From: Myxococcales bacterium
GTDB taxonomy: Bacteria > Myxococcota > B64-G9
Assembly (NCBI GenBank): GCA_027031935.1
Contig: JALVPF010000173.1
Location: 1-42,067 of the forward strand
Direction: 5' to 3'
DNA: 42,067 nt
A program made the position numbers and the translations under genes. Shown here piece after piece: positions 28,429-37,971 of the stretch; within the stretch, counting starts at the first letter, position 1, and each line of letters starts with the position of its first letter. Under the pieces are notes generated by a model. That model was given only the letters and a program-made list of their open reading frames with translations. It did no database searches and was not told where the DNA came from.

Positions 28429-29013
28429 TTAGTAACTCTTTTTTCTTCGTCTTTGTTCAGCTTCTGCCAGGCTCAATCTGCAACCACAATAGTCCTGCCT
28501 GTATAAACCGTATTTTTTTGAAAGCTCTACCGATAAGGCCTCTCCTGCTGCCTTCTTGAAACTTTCATTGCAATACTTGAGGCCATGATCGCTTGCCACC
28601 TGTTGTCCTATTCCCTCCAGAATTTTAGAATTCTTGTGTCTACTCAGGCTGAGAGTAGTGGTAAACCAATCGAACCCCAGCTCTCTTGACTTTCGGGCGG
28701 TATATTCCATTCTCAGATGATAACACGTCTGGCACCGTTCTTTAAAACTGCTTTCCGGTTGGTGTAAGTATGGTCCAACTGCTTGTTCCCAGTGTTCTGG
28801 CGTATATGGTTCTTCTATAATTTGAAGGTTTTTTATTTTAGCAAGGCGCCGGACTTCTTCCAGGCGTCGGTCATGCTCAGCCTGGGGATGGATGTTGGGA
28901 CCATACCAGTACAAGACAAGGTCAAACCGGGAAGAAAGCCTCACCACCGGCACCGTGGCACATGGTGCACAGCAAACATGTAAAAGCAGTTTGGTTTTTT
29001 GCTCGCGGGTCAT
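28429..29013 (-). CDS. queH: Epoxyqueuosine reductase
   Basis: LLLHVCCAPC, PNIHP..E..RR, RC..CY.LRM, FTTTL..S.HK, YRQDYCGC. Confidence 0.93.
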   Translation of the reverse strand: MTREQKTKLLLHVCCAPCATVPVVRLSSRFDLVLYWYGPNIHPQAEHDRRLEEVRRLAKIKNLQIIEEPYTPEHWEQAVGPYLHQPESSFKERCQTCYHLRMEYTARKSRELGFDWFTTTLSLSRHKNSKILEGIGQQVASDHGLKYCNESFKKAAGEALSVELSKKYGLYRQDYCGCRLSLAEAEQRRRKKSY

Positions 29014-30311
29014 TTCTTTGAAGAATTTTTACTTGCACCTTTTTCCTGGGGGGCCGTGGCGCCGAATCTTTCCCATGCCCTGAGATAATAGAGTGCAGTG
29101 CGTAACTGGAAATCACTAATCTTGTCCAGTTTTTTTCTCGTCTCGTCCTTGTGGCCTTCCCTGTGAAGGTGGCCATCGAGATCGGACTCTCTGGTAACAT
29201 GAATTTCGGTATCGCCCATGGGCGCACTTCGTGGCACCACCACGTCAGGGATTATTCCCTGTTCCTGTATGGATCTGTGGTTTGGTGTGTAATAGCGAGC
29301 GATGGTCAATTTGAGTCCCGATCCATCCTTCAATCCAACAACAGTCTGTACGGAACCCTTGCCAAAGGTTCTTACTCCCATGATCAAGGATCTTTTGTGG
29401 TCTTGCAAGGCACCGGCTACAATTTCAGATGCCGAAGCAGAGCCACCATTGACAAGGCACACCATGGGATAACGTGGTTCTGTGCCACGTCGATGTGCCG
29501 AGGAATAATCCAGTTTTTTGCTTCTGCCCCTGGTCTCAACGATGAGTCCCTCCGGGATGAAACGATCGGCCACTCTTATGGCTTGTTTCAACAGACCACC
29601 GGGATTGTTTCTCAGGTCCAGCACAAGTCCTTTTAGTTCGCCCTTGTTTCTTTTTTTCAGTTCTTTAAGTGCCTTCATCATGTAGTGTTCGGTACGTTCC
29701 GTAAACACCCGAATCCTTATATAGCCATAGCCGGGCAGCGGCAGATCGCTTTGGACCGGGTTGATTCTGATTCTTTGTCTTATAAGTACGAAGTCTTTCG
29801 GGTTTTCAAAGGTATCGCGATCGATGGTCAATACGACCTTTGTACCGGGCACCCCCTTTATTCGTTTTGTTGCTGCCATTACATCCATTTTCCGAACAGG
29901 CGCACCGTCTATTTTCACAATCTGATCTCCAGCCAGGATGCCGGCTCTTTTAGCTGGAGTGTCATCTATGGGTGAGACTACTACGAGCATTCCTTCTCGC
30001 ATCTCCAGTTCGATTCCCACACCACCGAAATTTCCGGAGGTGTCTTCCTGCATGGAACGAAACTCATCTGGTGTCATGAAGGAAGAATGTGGATCAAGGG
30101 TTTTGAGCATCCCGCGTATGGCCCCATAAATGATTTTTTGTGAATCCACCTTGTCCACGTACGAGTTTTGGATGTACTGCAGGACCTGGGCGAAAACATC
30201 CAGCTTCTTGTACGTATCATCCGGCGCAGCAAATGCGCTTCCGGCCACAAATAAAAAAAGCAAGGCTGTTACCGTGGTGGATTTGAAAAATCCATAAGCT
30301 GTGTTTTTCAT
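29010..30311 (-). CDS. ctpA: Carboxy-terminal processing protease (S41, PDZ)
   Basis: LDPHS, FGGVGI, LDLRNNPGG, SASASEIVAGALQD, FGKGSVQ, RYYTP, GIIPD. Confidence 0.95.
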   Translation of the reverse strand: MKNTAYGFFKSTTVTALLFLFVAGSAFAAPDDTYKKLDVFAQVLQYIQNSYVDKVDSQKIIYGAIRGMLKTLDPHSSFMTPDEFRSMQEDTSGNFGGVGIELEMREGMLVVVSPIDDTPAKRAGILAGDQIVKIDGAPVRKMDVMAATKRIKGVPGTKVVLTIDRDTFENPKDFVLIRQRIRINPVQSDLPLPGYGYIRIRVFTERTEHYMMKALKELKKRNKGELKGLVLDLRNNPGGLLKQAIRVADRFIPEGLIVETRGRSKKLDYSSAHRRGTEPRYPMVCLVNGGSASASEIVAGALQDHKRSLIMGVRTFGKGSVQTVVGLKDGSGLKLTIARYYTPNHRSIQEQGIIPDVVVPRSAPMGDTEIHVTRESDLDGHLHREGHKDETRKKLDKISDFQLRTALYYLRAWERFGATAPQEKGASKNSSKK

Positions 30312-30361
30312 GTTGTTCTCCTGTTCGTAAGCAGCAGAGCAATATATTATAGAGAAAGGGG

Positions 30362-31057
30362 TTAAATATCTACCTGCCTTTCCCCTAAAACAAGGGAGAC
30401 CTTGTTGTTGTCATTGACCTTTCGTATGTCATCCAGGAAAATTCCCGGCTCTGTACCCTTCCTCAGTTCAACGGAATAAATTGCCTGCTGAAGAATGCCG
30501 GCCCTTATGGTTTCAAGAGACAAGAGGGTCCACTTGTACAGGTGTTTATCCAGGATTTTTGCAAGGCTTTGTTCCGGATTTGAGTCCACAGGAAGCTGAA
30601 CGCGGAGTATTCGCTCCCTTGCCAAAGGAGCAAACAGATCCAGTTTGTCCAGCATGATCAACATGGCGCTCAGGGCAGCGCTTGCAAATATTGCGAGCAT
30701 GTAGAATCTCGTGCCTACCGCCATGCCTATGGCCATCACCAGAAAGATAAATCCCACATCCCTGGTCTCTTTCATGGCATTTCTGAATCTTATTATGGAA
30801 AGTGCTCCCACCAGAGCAAAGGCCCTGGCAATGTTGGAACCTATTATGAGCATTATCAGTGATACCACAGTGCCCATGATTATCAGTGTGTGTACATAGC
30901 TTTGTGAATACCCCATTCCTCGATGCGTATTTCGATAAACCCATGCTATGACCATGGAAAGGCAGAAGCCGAGAAAAAGGACCATGGCGATGTCAACCGG
31001 CGTGAATGTTCCTGTGAGATCCTTGAAACGTTCCAACTCCTTGAAAAGCTCATCCAT
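30362..31057 (-). CDS. DUF4956-family membrane protein
   Basis: IGSNIARAFALVGALSIIRFR..KET.D signature, several TMs, soluble C-terminal domain. Confidence 0.88.
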   Translation of the reverse strand: MDELFKELERFKDLTGTFTPVDIAMVLFLGFCLSMVIAWVYRNTHRGMGYSQSYVHTLIIMGTVVSLIMLIIGSNIARAFALVGALSIIRFRNAMKETRDVGFIFLVMAIGMAVGTRFYMLAIFASAALSAMLIMLDKLDLFAPLARERILRVQLPVDSNPEQSLAKILDKHLYKWTLLSLETIRAGILQQAIYSVELRKGTEPGIFLDDIRKVNDNNKVSLVLGERQVDI

Positions 31058-31817
31058 GGTTTTGTTCTCCTGTCCGACTTTTGCCTGTAAGCACAGATAC
31101 CAGGGGTATAACTTTCATGCCCTTGCCCATGGCAACTGCAGTACAATATTTGCTCATCCTGTTTATTCTGAGCTTGTGGTATTGAAGAATGTCCAGCAAC
31201 CATACCGGGATGGATGTTTCAGTTTTCAACTCCATTATTCCCATCTCCTGAGGAAGGAAGGAAAAAAGAGGAGCATCCGAGAGTAAATCCAGGTCGTTGA
31301 CCCTTCCCCTGCAGATGGTATCGAATGTGATTCGCAGCTTCGGAAAAGTCTGTCCAGAAGTGAAAGCCAAGCGTCTGTAGTCTGTTATTACAACAGGCCT
31401 GAGGGAAAGGGCTTTTACCAGCAATTCTACCTCTTGGCAAAAGAACTCCTCTTTACAACTCGTATCCGGCGCTCGTCCTTCACACAGGTCTAGAGCCTGT
31501 TCCAATGAGAGTTGGATTCGTTGCTTGTTGATCAGGTGGCCGGTCTTGGCCTTGATTTCCACGTAAGCCTTGTCAGGTTTGGGTTGAGAATCTTTGGGGT
31601 AAATCCTGACCCGCATTTTTGTACGAAGTCTCTCTCCTTCCACCTTGTCCCAGAACCAGTCCAGCCCTGGCGAGTCATAGTACAGGCTTAGAACCCTGTA
31701 GCCGTATTCCTCGTTGTTTTCATCCGGCTCCAGCAGTTGAGAGATGGATTGAACAACGCCCTGCATTTTTCTGAATGGCAGAATGAATTTTATTTCGTAT
31801 CTTCCCGCCTGGTTCAT
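31050..31817 (-). CDS. VTC (polyphosphate polymerase, TTM-fold) domain protein
   Basis: RYEIKF, SLYYDS, R.KMRVRIY, VEIK, Y.R.AF, RITFD, IMELK, SKY. Confidence 0.9.
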   Translation of the reverse strand: MNQAGRYEIKFILPFRKMQGVVQSISQLLEPDENNEEYGYRVLSLYYDSPGLDWFWDKVEGERLRTKMRVRIYPKDSQPKPDKAYVEIKAKTGHLINKQRIQLSLEQALDLCEGRAPDTSCKEEFFCQEVELLVKALSLRPVVITDYRRLAFTSGQTFPKLRITFDTICRGRVNDLDLLSDAPLFSFLPQEMGIMELKTETSIPVWLLDILQYHKLRINRMSKYCTAVAMGKGMKVIPLVSVLTGKSRTGEQNHG

Positions 31818-31818
31818 G

Positions 31819-32379
31819 TCATTGTCCTGGTCGCTGTGCTGAGCTTGAACAAACGATTCCAGTGTAAAAATTCACTGAAGCACTTTGTGGCGATGCCTGT
31901 TGTATGAAAATAATCTCCGCCTGGTTTTCAATAGCCGGAATGTCCAGGAGGTATTGCCCCGAGGTCTTGAACAATTCATGCTTTTGCCAGGTCAAGCCCT
32001 TGACCGTGATTTCGACCGGAAAACTCCCCTGTGGTCCAAGGAGGCGTAGATTCAGCGAACAATTTTTTGGAAGCTGGTTGGTCCTGGCCAGCACCACCCG
32101 GTCATTGTCAATCCAGCCCAGCGAGTTTGGGCTGACCAGGCCCCATGCTCGTCCACCCAGCAACCATGATGCCAATGGAGCATCGTGACGGATTTTTTTC
32201 TGGAACAAGGAGAGGTCTTCGGGGCTTATACCGGATAGGTCTCCAGCACGCATTTTCTGGGCTATGGTCCAGATTCGATCCTGTTCAGGTTCAGCGAGAC
32301 CCCAAGCGAAAAACAAGGCAGCGAACAAATATATCAGCACCAGGATTATAAAGCCCATGCCGGGTATTGAGAGCTTCAT
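31819..32379 (-). CDS. Membrane-anchored hypothetical protein
   Basis: N-terminal TM; ATGA overlap with the CotH-like gene and 1-nt gap to the VTC gene. Confidence 0.65.
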   Translation of the reverse strand: MKLSIPGMGFIILVLIYLFAALFFAWGLAEPEQDRIWTIAQKMRAGDLSGISPEDLSLFQKKIRHDAPLASWLLGGRAWGLVSPNSLGWIDNDRVVLARTNQLPKNCSLNLRLLGPQGSFPVEITVKGLTWQKHELFKTSGQYLLDIPAIENQAEIIFIQQASPQSASVNFYTGIVCSSSAQRPGQ

Positions 32380-35201
32380 GGATGGACTCCTCTTTTCGCC
32401 AGGTTCTTTAGGGAGTCATGTAGCTCTGACCATCTTTGAATTCCCAGGATGTCTCTGAGAAGATGCATCATGAAGGGCCTATCGCACGTGGAATAAAATA
32501 TGTTTGAAAGGTCTATTTTTGCAGATCTTTTGGGAGAATTGCGCTCTGCGCCCACTATGCCATTCCCACAGCCAATGATGGCTGTTTCTTGTGCGTCAAG
32601 TCGCGAGCCTTTGGGATAGTACCGGGAAGCAGCCTTGACTTTGACGCCTGTCTGGCATTCATGAAGCAGATCGGAATAAAGCACGGCCCATGAGTCGTGT
32701 TTGACCAAAAGGCCGATTTTTGCTCTGCTCAGGATCGAGTCTTCGATGGTCACAGTGCTTCTTTCCCCTGCTGAAATGAGACTTCCTCCTGACATGTATA
32801 ATACGCTGTTGTGTATTCTTACCTTTGCTCCCATGAGGTCTATTGCCTCGTCGGCTGAACCGGAAATGGAGATACCATCCATGCTTGCCTTGGAAAATTC
32901 CAAATCCACAGCATCTTGAGACGATTTTTTGACACTTACCTGATGCAGCTTGAGATCTGCGGTGTTCGATACGTGCAGCATGTCAACACCGTTATGGTTG
33001 TTTTCAAACGCACAATTTTCCAGGAGGATGTTTCTGGTTTCATTTATGGAAAACGTGCCCCTTTGTTTCTCCCCAAACAAGACAGGAGCCGAGCCTCCTT
33101 TCAGGTGCAAATACTGAATCCTGGATCCTGCGGTATTGAATCCATGAATCACAATTCCACCGAAAATGGCATCTCCATCTGCTTCTACTACCACCGGCTG
33201 TCTGGGGTTTCCCTCGATGTTTACCGGTCCCAGAAAGATCAACGATGCTCCCTTGCCCATCAAAAACCTTGTCCCCGCTTGAACTTTTACTTTTTGACTG
33301 GACGAAAAGAACATGGATTTTTCCATGTGAATATCTCCAGGTCCCAGGATTACCTCTTCGGGGGGAGAAGACTTTCTGTAGGACCAAGGGTGTGCCGAGG
33401 ATTGGCCGGCCAACATGGATGGAACCACATCTGCCCCTATAGGCTTGTAATGCCTGGTATCCGATCCTGATTTTCTTGCAGTAAAATCCACGTGAAGCAC
33501 GATCTTGGAAGATGTGGCCAGGTTTTTTCCCCATATGTCGGCCTTGACAGGTTCGTAATCGCTCCGGACTTCCATCTTGTAGGAAACAGGTGCCGGCCTT
33601 GTGACAAGGGGATTGTATTTCTCATGAGCACTGGGATTTTTCACCAACTCGACAGATGGCAACAGTTTCATTGGTTCTGCAAGAAGCAGGACTCCATGCT
33701 CGTCAGGTGCTCTTTTCAGGCTTCCTGCGACCTTCAGTAACCATGGATGTTGTTGCTTGTCAGCAAACTGCAGCCGGATCGAATCCACAGAGATTCCCAC
33801 TCTTGAGCCAAGAGTGATTTCAAAAGGCCATGATGTCGGATCGGTGGATTTTTCTGGAGTCGCAGATATGGTGGGGTTTTCAAGCTCGGATAATAGATAG
33901 GCGCAGCGTGTGGCATACAATGCCATCAGAGATTCGAAAACAAGGGAGAGTTTTTTTACGTCCATGGGTCTGAGCATCTTGTAAAGGAATGAATCATCTC
34001 CTGGTGCGAGTTCATAGGCATCCCAATGGGCATCTGTCATCAATTCAGGGAGGACTTTCTTGAACCATCTCAGTCCCTTGGTTCTCAGCCTGGAAGGTCG
34101 CGCAGGGCCAAGAAGCAGGCGGTGGAGTATTCGGTTACGCAGGGTTAAATAACCAGGTACCATCTCCAGCCTTATCCCGAGGGGATGGTTCGAAGGTTTG
34201 AAAACAGGACTTGGATCGAAACCGCGCAAGGACCATGCTATGGGTTCCCATTTCCCCGAGCCTAAATCATGTACCAGTTTGTGACCTTGCCTCCAATCTC
34301 TCTGATCAATGGAAAACAGGATTTCAAGGGCGTCCAGGGTGGCAAATTTTTTCAGGTCCAACTCGTTGTGCGCGAAGTCGGAAAAATCCTGAAAAGAATC
34401 AGACGAAATGTGTCTGAGCAAAGATGCCAGCTCATCATTGGATTTTTTTTCTCCACTGCACCAGGCACTCTTTTTCCATGAACCAGGAGTCATCCACAAT
34501 GTCTCTGCTGGCACCTCGGTGTCCATGTCTCCGGAATACAGACTACATGGATAGCGGTTGGATCTGCGTAACAAGGCCTCGTCTGCCATTATCTGTCTTC
34601 TATATACCCCCATGTCGGCACCGTTGATCCATACTCTTACAAAATCCGGTTCGGGGTTGAGCAATCCCTGGTCTCCGGCGATCTGTGCTATCAGAGCATT
34701 TGTAATCATAAATGGTGTCGGTTCATTGACGAGAGCCACGGCTTTCAGGCCCCGGTCCCCTCCGTCCTTGCCAAAACGGACCTTAAGTGATTTCTGCGTC
34801 CCTAAACGGTGCCAATGCCTGTGGCCCCTCTGTCGAAGCCTTATGGATATGTTTTTCCCTCCTCTGGTTAAAACTCCATCAACATATTTTCCCTTTCCCG
34901 GCTGAGGGGTCATGAGTTCATGTAGCTGAGGGTTTTTCAGGTGAATCCTGAAGCGGGGCAGGTGCGAAGGAGCGATGGAATTTGACCCGAAGAACCTGTT
35001 TGACCAAGTGCTCAACATGTCGTGGAAAGCAATATGAAAGTCGTCTATGGAGAGATCCCGTTGAGGGGAGGCGATTCTACGATAGGCATCCAGGTTTGCG
35101 TAAGCGGTCCAGGCACACCATGCGCTTAGTACGATTATTGGAGCACTGAATACAAGTGCCGATGAGATGCTGATCCGCAAAAGGCGCCTTGGGGCTTTCA
35201 A
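32376..35201 (-). CDS. CotH-like kinase domain protein with C-terminal right-handed beta-helix
   Basis: N-terminal TM; RQRG..HW...QKSLKV.F, FVRVWING..MGVY, D..GKWEPIAW; beta-helix repeats DAVDLEFS / EAIDLMGA / ISAGERS / GLLVKHDS. Confidence 0.75.
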   Translation of the reverse strand: MKAPRRLLRISISSALVFSAPIIVLSAWCAWTAYANLDAYRRIASPQRDLSIDDFHIAFHDMLSTWSNRFFGSNSIAPSHLPRFRIHLKNPQLHELMTPQPGKGKYVDGVLTRGGKNISIRLRQRGHRHWHRLGTQKSLKVRFGKDGGDRGLKAVALVNEPTPFMITNALIAQIAGDQGLLNPEPDFVRVWINGADMGVYRRQIMADEALLRRSNRYPCSLYSGDMDTEVPAETLWMTPGSWKKSAWCSGEKKSNDELASLLRHISSDSFQDFSDFAHNELDLKKFATLDALEILFSIDQRDWRQGHKLVHDLGSGKWEPIAWSLRGFDPSPVFKPSNHPLGIRLEMVPGYLTLRNRILHRLLLGPARPSRLRTKGLRWFKKVLPELMTDAHWDAYELAPGDDSFLYKMLRPMDVKKLSLVFESLMALYATRCAYLLSELENPTISATPEKSTDPTSWPFEITLGSRVGISVDSIRLQFADKQQHPWLLKVAGSLKRAPDEHGVLLLAEPMKLLPSVELVKNPSAHEKYNPLVTRPAPVSYKMEVRSDYEPVKADIWGKNLATSSKIVLHVDFTARKSGSDTRHYKPIGADVVPSMLAGQSSAHPWSYRKSSPPEEVILGPGDIHMEKSMFFSSSQKVKVQAGTRFLMGKGASLIFLGPVNIEGNPRQPVVVEADGDAIFGGIVIHGFNTAGSRIQYLHLKGGSAPVLFGEKQRGTFSINETRNILLENCAFENNHNGVDMLHVSNTADLKLHQVSVKKSSQDAVDLEFSKASMDGISISGSADEAIDLMGAKVRIHNSVLYMSGGSLISAGERSTVTIEDSILSRAKIGLLVKHDSWAVLYSDLLHECQTGVKVKAASRYYPKGSRLDAQETAIIGCGNGIVGAERNSPKRSAKIDLSNIFYSTCDRPFMMHLLRDILGIQRWSELHDSLKNLAKRGVHP

Positions 35202-35226
35202 TGAGTTTTCTCCGTCCTTGCCAATG

Positions 35227-36372
35227 TCATGATGGCTTCATCCTTACCCATGCAAGGGGATCCACTGCCTTGCCACCCTTTCTGACTTCAAAGTACAGGT
35301 AGGCACCTTTGAGAGAGCCGCTGTCACCGACGGTTCCCACCTGTTGACCCTGCTGTATTCTTTGTCCTTTTCTTACATCTAGTTGATCGAGGTGTGCATA
35401 CAGAGTGTAATAGCCACCTCCATGATCTAGTATGACCAGCCGTCCATAGCCTTGAAAGACTTTGGCAAAAACAACCTTGCCAGGATAGACCGCTTTTACG
35501 GGTGAGTGCATGGGAGCGCGGAGATCTATACCGGTATGAATCGTGACGGTTTTGAACCTTGGGTCGATCTGCTTGCCAAAGGCTACCTCCAGGACAGGTG
35601 AATCAACAGGGCTTGGCAAGCGGCCTTTCCATGTGGCAAAGCCCTTTGCACTGCTGGGTTTGCCTTCCATGGTGGCAACAAGTTCCAACAAGCTTTTTCT
35701 GGCATGACGGAGTTCTTTCAGCGCTCGGTGATGCAGTACCGCTTTTTTATGCAAAAGATCAAGTGCGCTGAGTTTTTCTTCCCGGGCGGCTTCTGCTGCC
35801 TCTTTCTTTTTTTTCAGTTGCTGTCGTGTCTGTTCCAGGGATTTGCGCTGCTGGCGAATCTTTTTCTGGGTTTCCCATAGACGGTCACGGCTTATGACGA
35901 CGTTTTCATACAGTTGCTGATCTGCCTTGGCAAGATGCTCAATGAGATCATAGCGCTGCAATCCTTCTGAAATCGACTCGGAACTGAAGATGAGGTTCAA
36001 CCAGCCTACATCTCCTTGCATATAGAGAATGCGCAATCTTTTTTTGAGTCTTTTCTTTAGCAAATCCAGGGACACAGAGGCTTGTCGTTGCTGAATCCTG
36101 GATTTTTCCAGTTCCATTTCCAGTTCGTCCATACGTGCTTGCGTCTCCTGGAGTTGCTTGTTGGCTTCTTCGAGTTCTGCATCCAGCTTTCCCATTTCTC
36201 CCAGCAAGGACGTGGATTGCCTCAGGAGACGTCTATACAACTTTTGGCTTTTTTTCAGGTCTTTTCCAAGCTTGTTCAGATCGTCCTTAATGGGATTGGT
36301 CTTTTGAGCATATACTTCGGGTACGCAGAGCATGAATGAAAAAAGAAAAAGAATTAAACCGCGCCCAGTCAT
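35227..36372 (-). CDS. envC: EnvC-like murein hydrolase activator (coiled coil + M23/LytM)
   Basis: Signal peptide, long coiled coil, HTGID, GYG..VILDHG, TLYAHL, YLYFEVR; downstream of ftsEX. Confidence 0.85.
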   Translation of the reverse strand: MTGRGLILFLFSFMLCVPEVYAQKTNPIKDDLNKLGKDLKKSQKLYRRLLRQSTSLLGEMGKLDAELEEANKQLQETQARMDELEMELEKSRIQQRQASVSLDLLKKRLKKRLRILYMQGDVGWLNLIFSSESISEGLQRYDLIEHLAKADQQLYENVVISRDRLWETQKKIRQQRKSLEQTRQQLKKKKEAAEAAREEKLSALDLLHKKAVLHHRALKELRHARKSLLELVATMEGKPSSAKGFATWKGRLPSPVDSPVLEVAFGKQIDPRFKTVTIHTGIDLRAPMHSPVKAVYPGKVVFAKVFQGYGRLVILDHGGGYYTLYAHLDQLDVRKGQRIQQGQQVGTVGDSGSLKGAYLYFEVRKGGKAVDPLAWVRMKPS

Positions 36373-37262
36373 ATTCGTAGGTGTCTCCCGAGACTGGCCA
36401 AGGTTCCAAACATTCCCACCACGGCTCCTCCGGCAGCAGAGATTGCCACAGAAGAGATGGGAAGAAATTCCAGGTTCAGATCACCGGAACCTGGACCCAA
36501 GGGTATGGTCACCAGGGGTCTGGCAAGGATAAACAGTAACCATGCGCCACCGATACCCAGAAGAGCTCCGAGTCCGCCGAGCACAACTCCTTCGATATAG
36601 AAAGGTGCCTTGACGAAATTGTCGGTAGCACCCACCAGCTTCAGAATGTGTATCTCATCGGTCCTGGCGTACACTGACAGGCGGATGGTGTTGGAGACGA
36701 TCATCAATGTTGCAAATACCAGCAGAGCACCTATGAGCAAGGCGATGAGCCTGCTGAAATCCATGAAGTTGAAAAAGCGCCCCAACCACGCCTGGCCATA
36801 TTGCACCTGTTCGATTCCGGGATGAGAGACCAGTTTCTGTGCAAGAGCTTCTATACTCTTTGTGCTGTGTTCAGAAGAAGACAGCTTCACCTCCAGGCTC
36901 GAAGGCAGTGTGTCCGGACCAACTTCGTTCAGCAAGGTCGCCTGGGCCCCCAGCCTCTTCTTGAAAATTTCAAGAGCTTGTTTCTTGTCTATGAATCGGA
37001 TGGAGCCTACGACCTCGGATGATTCAAGGGTCGATTTTATTTCCTGGATTTCTTGCTCTGTTGCCTCGTCTTCAAGGTAGACAACCAGATACAGACCAGC
37101 TTTCAGGCGTTCGCCCAGCCGGTCCAGATTGTACCCAACGAGGGCTAAGACACAGAGCAACAAAAACACGATGGCAACAGTACCCACCGTTACTCCGGCA
37201 ACGACCGTATTGCGCCTGATATGTCTGAATGCCTGCATGGAAAAGTATACTATTTTTGACAT
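36369..37262 (-). CDS. ftsX: Cell division permease
   Basis: VVYL, LPSSLEV, VSNTIRLSVYARTDEIHILKLVGATDNFVKAPFYIEG. Confidence 0.93.
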   Translation of the reverse strand: MSKIVYFSMQAFRHIRRNTVVAGVTVGTVAIVFLLLCVLALVGYNLDRLGERLKAGLYLVVYLEDEATEQEIQEIKSTLESSEVVGSIRFIDKKQALEIFKKRLGAQATLLNEVGPDTLPSSLEVKLSSSEHSTKSIEALAQKLVSHPGIEQVQYGQAWLGRFFNFMDFSRLIALLIGALLVFATLMIVSNTIRLSVYARTDEIHILKLVGATDNFVKAPFYIEGVVLGGLGALLGIGGAWLLFILARPLVTIPLGPGSGDLNLEFLPISSVAISAAGGAVVGMFGTLASLGRHLRI

Positions 37263-37266
37263 TGTT

Positions 37267-37938
37267 TTATCCCAAGGGCATTCCGCCGGAAACCACACGA
37301 CCTTTCTCGAGATGAATGACACGATGTTGGGTTCTCTGTATCCAGGCGGTGTCATGGGTAGCGACCACGACGGTGGATCCCCTGGCGTTTATCCTGTTGA
37401 GAAGGACTCCGATCTCTTCACTCAGCGCCTGATCGAGGTTGCCCGTGGGCTCGTCTGCCATGAGTATCTGAGGATCGTTTACGATGGCCCTTGCGATTGC
37501 AACACGCTGTTGCTCACCACCAGATAGAGTTGGCGGCAATCTGTGAGCCCTGTGTTCCAATCCCACCAGTTCCAACACCTCACCCACCTTTTTGCGAATC
37601 TCTCCTCGTCCCTTGCCAAGAACTTCCAGGGAGATGGCCACATTCTGTTCCACCGTTCTGGATGGCAAGAGTTTGAAATCCTGAAAGACCACACCCATGT
37701 GGCGCCTGAACAGTGTTCTTTCTTTTTCCTTGATGTTGGCCACGTTTTTTCCAAACAGGAGAATTTGGCCGTTTTGACTGCGTTCAGCAAGCATTATTAC
37801 CCGTAAAAGACTGGTCTTTCCCGCACCGGATGGACCAGTTATGAAAGCGAATTCAGCTTTTTCAATTCGCAAGCTGACATCGATGAGTCCAGGACTATCT
37901 GACCCATATGACATGTATACATGGTACATCTGTATCAT
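37267..37938 (-). CDS. ftsE: Cell division ATP-binding protein
   Basis: GPSGAGKT, GVVFQDFKLL, LSGGEQQRVAIARA, ADEPTGNLD, ATHD. Confidence 0.95.
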   Translation of the reverse strand: MIQMYHVYMSYGSDSPGLIDVSLRIEKAEFAFITGPSGAGKTSLLRVIMLAERSQNGQILLFGKNVANIKEKERTLFRRHMGVVFQDFKLLPSRTVEQNVAISLEVLGKGRGEIRKKVGEVLELVGLEHRAHRLPPTLSGGEQQRVAIARAIVNDPQILMADEPTGNLDQALSEEIGVLLNRINARGSTVVVATHDTAWIQRTQHRVIHLEKGRVVSGGMPLG

Positions 37939-37971
37939 CTGAAACCCGGCACCAAGGTCTCGATATATTGC

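Noticed and set aside
28821-28850. TTTGAAGGTTTT resembling the ECF motif
   Set aside because: Lies inside queH on the antisense strand and lacks the GGGRAAT box at the right spacing.
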